A stretch of DNA of 64,000 nucleotides, from positions 20,104 through 84,103 of IMG/VR virus record IMGVR_UViG_3300037851_000103; one strand, given 5' to 3'. Made by a program: the position numbers and the translations under genes. Positions 58,886-64,000 of the stretch are shown here, piece after piece. This DNA is from a virus (Duplodnaviria; Caudoviricetes). Position 1 is the first letter of the stretch; each line of letters begins with the position of its first letter. The notes beneath the pieces are model-generated. The model searched no databases, was not told where the DNA came from, and was given only the letters and a program-made list of their open reading frames with translations.

Positions 58886-60037
58886 ATGGAAACAAAAAAA
58901 TCTATTTATTTTCCTTGTACTACTTTAAATAGTTTAATCGAAAGTAATTGTAAACAATGTAAAAATTTTAAAAATGAATCGTGTCCTTTTTTAAAAATAG
59001 AAGATACTCCTTTAATTAAAGTATATAATGAACATATTAAAACCATTGCACATGAATTGCGGTCGCCATTAGCAATTATTACGTCATCAACTATTAATCA
59101 AATGAACTATTTAAAAGATTTATTCTATTCTGCTAATTTAGATGATGATACTAATTTAGATTATATTAAAAAAATTAAAGAACAAATTTTATTAATTCAT
59201 GATCAAGTTAATAATATTGACTTATTTATTTCTTCTATTACAGAACATGAACAATATAATCAATCTTGTGAAATTATGGCCATTAATATTAAAGATTATT
59301 TAAAAGATATTATTAAAATATCTAAATCTATTTCACGTTCTATGTTAGTATTTGGAGAAGATGCTTTGTCTTTTGGGGATGTGTTAGGTAATGATTTTGA
59401 TAATGTATATGCCTTAGTAAATCCTCAAGAATTAAATAGAATTATTTTTAATATTATAAGTAATGCGGCTGATGCGGTTTCTAATTTTTGGCATAAAAAA
59501 ATTCAACAAAATTCTACTTATATTCCTAAATTAAAAATTAGATGTTTGAAATCAAAAGATCCATTTCAAACTTTAAATTTTAAAAATGATGTTATTGGTC
59601 CATTTGGACATGAAAAAAATAATTGCGAATTTTTTATAATTATTGAGGATAATGGTCCTGGTATTGAACAATCTATAATTAAACAATTATTTAAAACAAC
59701 TATAACAACGAAAGAAAATAATCATTATGGGTTTGGATTGAAAATTTGCGAAGAATTGGCTAAAAAAAATCGTCTATCGCTATATGTCAAATCTACCCCT
59801 AATATTGGTACTAAATTTATTATAGGATTTCATGATATATTCATATCAAATAAAATAACTGAAAAAGATATAGCATATAATTCTATTAATAATATTGATT
59901 ATGAATTATTATATTTCTCTAAAGATTCTGAAGATTTATATTGTGAATTGGTTAATAGTGAAAATGAAAAAGAAGAAACTGCGAATAAACCAATTACTGA
60001 TAGAATAAAAGTATTTACAAAGAAAAATAGAAAATAA
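58886..60037 (+). CDS. Soluble sensor histidine kinase
   Basis: H-box AHELRSPL, N-box IFNIISNAADA, G1 EDNGPGI, F-box LFKTTITTK, G2 HYGFGLKIC. No transmembrane segment; 4-Cys N-terminus. Confidence 0.9.
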   Translation: METKKSIYFPCTTLNSLIESNCKQCKNFKNESCPFLKIEDTPLIKVYNEHIKTIAHELRSPLAIITSSTINQMNYLKDLFYSANLDDDTNLDYIKKIKEQILLIHDQVNNIDLFISSITEHEQYNQSCEIMAINIKDYLKDIIKISKSISRSMLVFGEDALSFGDVLGNDFDNVYALVNPQELNRIIFNIISNAADAVSNFWHKKIQQNSTYIPKLKIRCLKSKDPFQTLNFKNDVIGPFGHEKNNCEFFIIIEDNGPGIEQSIIKQLFKTTITTKENNHYGFGLKICEELAKKNRLSLYVKSTPNIGTKFIIGFHDIFISNKITEKDIAYNSINNIDYELLYFSKDSEDLYCELVNSENEKEETANKPITDRIKVFTKKNRK

Positions 60038-60298
60038 TTATTTTAAACTTATTCGGACTGTTAAATATGATGTGCAAATATTAAATTTTGCAAGATCCCA
60101 TGGATTTGGTGCGCCTTCCTCATCCATAGCAATTTTTCGTAATTTATCGCCAAATGCCGAAGTTTCATCTTGAGTTTCGAATGAAAATTTCTCAGATTTA
60201 TTAGGACATGTTAATAAATATTCTTCTAATGATTTTATACTAGGTTCTTTTTTCTTTTTTGATTTGGTTTTGGGTTTTTCATCTACAACGGTGATCAT
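60038..60298 (-). CDS. Hypothetical protein
   Basis: 86 aa, GAGG SD; abuts the kinase stop with no gap. Confidence 0.6.
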   Translation of the reverse strand: MITVVDEKPKTKSKKKKEPSIKSLEEYLLTCPNKSEKFSFETQDETSAFGDKLRKIAMDEEGAPNPWDLAKFNICTSYLTVRISLK

Positions 60299-60308
60299 AA
60301 AAACCTCA

Positions 60309-62225
60309 TTAATTATTTATAAGTTCTAAAAATTGTTTTTCTGTTATTTTTGTTATTCCCAATTGATCTGCTTTTTTATTTTTTGATGACCCACTATTCG
60401 GTTCATCTGTTACTAAATAATTTAAATTTTTATTGACCCCAGATACTATTCCGCCATGTTTTTTGACCATTTTTTCTAAATCCCCTCTTTCATGAGACAT
60501 TTTACCCGTAAAGCAAAATGATTTCCCAGCAATTGAAGAATGTTCAATTATTTTATCAGGATTCCAATTATTAATTATAACTCTGGTTTTCATTTCATCA
60601 ATAAGAGGTTCGATCTTTAAAATATTATTTTTTAAAGTACTTGCTAAATTGTTGCAAAACCCCCCTATATTTGATGTGTATTGCGTATTTTTAACATATT
60701 CAATAAATGAATCCAAAGACGTTTCTTTATTAATATGCGATAAAATCGTTTCCAATCGTTTTTCACCAATTCCAGAAAGATTTAAACCATTTAAAAACTT
60801 AAGTAATGTTGTATTAGAAGTTTGCAATAATGCCTTTCTTAAATTTTTAAACATGGTCATTCCAAAACCCTCAATATCCAATAATCGTTCATCACCATTA
60901 ATACACACATCATAAAAAGATGGCAAATCTTTGGCTATGCCAGAATCTATAATAGATATAACAGTAGCTTCAGCAATACCTTTAATTTCATGGGATTCTA
61001 ACCAAGATAAAATAGTTCTAATTCGTTTAGATTTACTATTAGGATTGGTACTAACTAAATATACCAATTCTTTTCCTTCAATGTTTTGTTCTCTAACTAT
61101 TGGAAACCCTTCTTCATCATGGGTTGGGGGTGTAATTTCTTCCCCATCATTTGAATATTCAACTCGTTCAATAGCAGGAATAACATCATTACGACGACTT
61201 ATAACTACGGTATCCCCAATTTTTATACCTAACGTTTTAATATAATCAATGTTATTTAATGTTGCTCTGGATACCGTTATACCACCAATTAATACGGGTT
61301 CTAATAGCCCAATAGGACTAATACGACCTCCGGTATCATTCCACACCACATCTTTTAATATAGTAATCGCAGTCTCATTTGGAAATTTATATGCTATTGA
61401 TAATTCTGGATAATCCCATTTATCATCTTCTAATACATTTTGTTTAATTACTAAACCATCTATATCATAATCTAATAACTTCCTCTTATTTTTTATATAA
61501 TCATCCATAATCCTCTGAATATCATTATTTGTTTGACATACATATGATGGAACAGGATCAAATCCTAATGATATTATAAAATTTATCATATCTTCATGGG
61601 TTTTTAAATTAACATCTTTCCAATTAATAACATTATATATTTTAACATTAAGATATGAACAACCTTTTCCGTCAAATCTTTTTGCGGTTCCTGCTGCACT
61701 ATTTCGACAATTTTTTCCTCCAACAAATTCTAAGTTTGATTTATATAATAAAATTTCACCTCGTAATTTTAATTTATTTTTATAAGAAATTGTTTTTTGT
61801 ACCCCACCCATTTTTATACTATTTTTAAATAAATCTTCACCTGTTTCTCCATCCCCCCGTGTAATGGCATGTTTTAAATTTCCATCTTCATAAATCAATT
61901 TAATAGAAATTCCATCTAATTTTTCTTCAACAATAGTAGGGGGTTTGATTTTTTTATTAAAGAAATCATTTAACTCTTTTTCAGTATTGATCTTATTGAG
62001 ACTTCCCATAAAATACGGGGCATGAGACATTTTTTCCCATTTAGTTGTTTGATCTTCAATATTTCCAATTTTCTTTAATCGTTTATTAGTAGGATCAATT
62101 TTTGCTAAACGAGATTTATAAGAATCATATTGTTCATCTGTTAATGTTGATTGACCAAAAGTATGATAATCAACATCTGCTTGATCTATAATGTTTTCTA
62201 AATATTTTATTTCACTGGCAGCCAT
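60309..62225 (-). CDS. ligA: NAD-dependent DNA ligase
   Basis: EEKLDGIS (KxDG), AITRGDG..GED, YDIDGLVIK, VSRATLNN, C-terminal BRCT (FCFTGKM..ER...VSGVNKNLNYLV...SSKNKKA..LGI). Confidence 0.95.
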   Translation of the reverse strand: MAASEIKYLENIIDQADVDYHTFGQSTLTDEQYDSYKSRLAKIDPTNKRLKKIGNIEDQTTKWEKMSHAPYFMGSLNKINTEKELNDFFNKKIKPPTIVEEKLDGISIKLIYEDGNLKHAITRGDGETGEDLFKNSIKMGGVQKTISYKNKLKLRGEILLYKSNLEFVGGKNCRNSAAGTAKRFDGKGCSYLNVKIYNVINWKDVNLKTHEDMINFIISLGFDPVPSYVCQTNNDIQRIMDDYIKNKRKLLDYDIDGLVIKQNVLEDDKWDYPELSIAYKFPNETAITILKDVVWNDTGGRISPIGLLEPVLIGGITVSRATLNNIDYIKTLGIKIGDTVVISRRNDVIPAIERVEYSNDGEEITPPTHDEEGFPIVREQNIEGKELVYLVSTNPNSKSKRIRTILSWLESHEIKGIAEATVISIIDSGIAKDLPSFYDVCINGDERLLDIEGFGMTMFKNLRKALLQTSNTTLLKFLNGLNLSGIGEKRLETILSHINKETSLDSFIEYVKNTQYTSNIGGFCNNLASTLKNNILKIEPLIDEMKTRVIINNWNPDKIIEHSSIAGKSFCFTGKMSHERGDLEKMVKKHGGIVSGVNKNLNYLVTDEPNSGSSKNKKADQLGITKITEKQFLELINN

Positions 62226-63120
62226 AGAAATCCTTTCTGAGTTTTAATAATGCTAGTTCTTTGGCTTTTGCTTCTAAGTGTATATGACAATTATAACCGT
62301 CTAAATATTTAGGTAAAGGATTTTTATAATAATCTGAATGGTAAGGAATTAATTTAATATCATTTGCTGATTCACTATAATGTATTTGCATACTACGATT
62401 ATTCCAAGTATTATAGGCTAATAGAAAATCTTCAAATGAATCATCAATATGTTTAGACCCCATTTCATTACTAAATAACCAATGATGTAAATCTAATGTA
62501 ATTGGAATGTTAGGAAAATATTTAATCAATTTTTTAATAGACCATCCAGATTCTTTATCATCATTTTCAATAACAATTCGATTGCGTAAAGATTGTGATA
62601 ATGATTGAAAAGAATTTAAAAATCGTTGAGAAGTTTCTGTGAAATCATTATAAGTTCCTCCAACATGAATATTGATAGGAATATCATTGTCATTGCCCAT
62701 AATATCAATAATTTCGTTTTCTCTTTCCAATGCATAAATACCCAATTGTCTGACATTTAATAATGGTGATCCAAGACATACAAATTGACCAGGATGGAAT
62801 GATATATTCAATTTATTGGTTGTAATATAATTGCCAATCTGCTTAAGGGTATTTATAATTTCATTATAATCTGGTAAATCTTTTAAATTATAATTTAATT
62901 GTTGATCGCCATATCTTGGAATTGGTTCTGAACCAATTCTAAATGTATTAATATTATTTTTTGTATTCCATTCTAAAATTGATAAAATATCTTTAACATT
63001 TTGCAATGCTAATTGTGAAACTTTAATAATATTAAAATTTCTTCTGATACATGTACGAGAAGAATAAATATTATTATTTCTGAGAGTGTTGTTGATACAA
63101 CAATAACCTAGGTTAAGCAT
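62212..63120 (-). CDS. uvsE: UV DNA damage endonuclease (UvsE/UVDE)
   Basis: LGYCCIN, FRIGSE, SFHPGQF, NIHVGG, IENDDK, LDLHH, HYSES, HSDY, LEAKAKELAL. Confidence 0.93.
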   Translation of the reverse strand: MLNLGYCCINNTLRNNNIYSSRTCIRRNFNIIKVSQLALQNVKDILSILEWNTKNNINTFRIGSEPIPRYGDQQLNYNLKDLPDYNEIINTLKQIGNYITTNKLNISFHPGQFVCLGSPLLNVRQLGIYALERENEIIDIMGNDNDIPINIHVGGTYNDFTETSQRFLNSFQSLSQSLRNRIVIENDDKESGWSIKKLIKYFPNIPITLDLHHWLFSNEMGSKHIDDSFEDFLLAYNTWNNRSMQIHYSESANDIKLIPYHSDYYKNPLPKYLDGYNCHIHLEAKAKELALLKLRKDFYGCQ

Positions 63121-63126
63121 GCTTAT

Positions 63127-63187
63127 AGAATACCTACAATCTCAGAACAGTCAAGCCTATTGACATAAATAAATTTTCCCATACACT
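63127..63187. promoter_or_regulatory. Divergent sigma70-type promoters, both apparently leaderless
   Basis: + strand TTGACA (63160-63165)-16 nt-TACACT (63182-63187) with ATG 63194 7 nt on. - strand TTGACT (63154-63149)-16 nt-TATTCT (63132-63127) with ATG 63120 7 nt on. Confidence 0.55.
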
Positions 63188-63193
63188 GTAGGC

Positions 63194-63448
63194 ATGAACC
63201 AATTAGAATTATCAAATCAACATTTAAAATATCTACATGATCGTTTAGATCATGTAGATGATAAAATAAACATTAATCAGCAAATTCGACTAGAAATTAA
63301 ACAATTATTATTAGATATAACGGAAATCGCTTTTGAACCAGAACAACAAAAACATACGTTTTATTTGCAAGACTTATTAAGAAAAATTAAAATTCATTCA
63401 AAAAATTTAGAAGAATTCATAAAAGAAAAAGATCAACAACCATATTAA
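63194..63448 (+). CDS. Hypothetical coiled-coil protein
   Basis: 84 aa ORF behind a sigma70-type promoter. Confidence 0.65.
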   Translation: MNQLELSNQHLKYLHDRLDHVDDKININQQIRLEIKQLLLDITEIAFEPEQQKHTFYLQDLLRKIKIHSKNLEEFIKEKDQQPY

Positions 63449-63456
63449 GGAAATAT

Positions 63457-63889
63457 ATGAAAATTAAACAAGATTTTATAACTAATTCTTCATCATCGTC
63501 ATTTATGATAATTTTTGATCATAAACCAAGTACTGTTCAAGAGTTAGAATTGATGGGATGTTCTAGAACCATAAGCGAGTCGTTATTTAAAGAAATTAAT
63601 AATAATCCAAAATTATCAAAAAAAGATATTAAACAATTTTTTGAATCATATCCTTTTCAATTTTATAATCAACCAATTTCGGCAATAAATTTAAAAAAAA
63701 TCAAAATTTGAATACCCACAAGGAAACTATGAAATTAAATATGATACAAAATCCTTTAACCGTTGCGTTGATAATGATGACAAACTATATATTAAAACCG
63801 TTAATAAAATCTATAAAGAATTTATAAAGGCTTATAAGGATTCGTATATTATTAGAATTGAAATTGGTGATCATGGGGATAGGCCATAG
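63457..63889 (+). pseudogene. Frameshifted phage 'TNSSSSSF'-motif protein
   Basis: MKIKQDFITNSSSSSF start. The ORF stops at 63711, but the +1 frame is open from the A8 run (63693-63700) to 63889 with natural-looking sequence (KKSKFEYPQGNYEIKY...YIIRIEIGDHGDRP*). Confidence 0.5.
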
Positions 63890-63959
63890 CAGTATGAAAT
63901 GTTATAAAATGTGAAAAAAAGTTTTAAAATTTACACAATCAGTTGTATAAATAAAATAT

Positions 63960-64000
63960 ATGAAACAAATATATAATATCACCCAGGCGGCAAAATTATT
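63960..64000 (+). mobile_element. Start of a MerR/HTH protein, possibly IS607-family TnpA (truncated by window end)
   Basis: MKQIYNITQAAKL.. resembles the IS607 resolvase N-terminal HTH; 10-bp-phased A/T repeats lie upstream at 63897-63936. Only 13 codons are visible. Confidence 0.35.

Noticed and set aside
3609-61245. Short antisense or off-frame ORFs nested in long genes (e.g. 3609-3848, 9694-10140, 13002-13379, 54589-54915, 60649-60915, 60931-61245)
   Set aside because: They overlap genes with clear family motifs, lack SDs and have no recognisable motifs.
63729-63827. 32-aa ORF MKLNMIQNPLTVALIMM... with an AAGGA SD
   Set aside because: It overlaps the more protein-like +1 continuation of ORF 63457 and has off-frame-like composition; it cannot be fully excluded.
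1-64000. Stop-codon reassignment (common in some large phages)
   Set aside because: ORFs of 1000-2300 aa are open in the standard code and gene ends fit TAA/TGA/TAG; no fragmentation pattern is seen.
1-64000. tRNA, rRNA, introns or inteins
   Set aside because: Intergenic gaps are too short and A/T-rich, no cloverleaf was seen, and conserved enzymes (ligase, HldE, ClpP) are uninterrupted.

Overview
This window is a very AT-rich (roughly one-quarter G+C by eye), densely coding segment of a large T4-superfamily-like (jumbo) myophage genome in standard genetic code. (1) 1-36100, + strand: tail/baseplate module. It runs tape-measure C-terminus, gp48-, gp53-, gp27-, gp3-, gp5-, gp25-, gp6- and gp7-like genes, then five large fibre/receptor-binding-like genes. 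Several genes are preceded by T4-type late boxes (TATAAATA). (2) 36097-38338, - strand: Zn-ribbon protein, dNMP kinase, Zn-finger protein, ClpP and a conserved phage protein. (3) 38433-52408, + strand: a collagen-like Cys-rich fibre and a poly-Ser/Cys-rich fibre, followed directly by a nine-gene glycan cluster. The cluster has a GT9 heptosyltransferase with a TibC/AAH-like Cys cluster, GT4, GT2, other GT-like genes, two methyltransferases, hldD and hldE. (4) 52405-57706: accessory genes (SEC-C, SprT-like, nucleotidyltransferase, HNH, DUF1617-like). (5) 57818-60037: membrane coiled-coil protein, receiver-domain protein and soluble histidine kinase behind a terminator and a late box. (6) 60038-64000: NAD-dependent ligase lacking its Zn-finger cysteines, UV endonuclease, a frameshifted gene and the probable start of an IS607-like element. 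The two most notable candidate systems are a phage-encoded ADP-heptose/protein O-heptosylation locus next to a Ser-rich virion fibre, and a phage late-expressed two-component cassette. All product calls come from motifs read by eye; no database searches were run.
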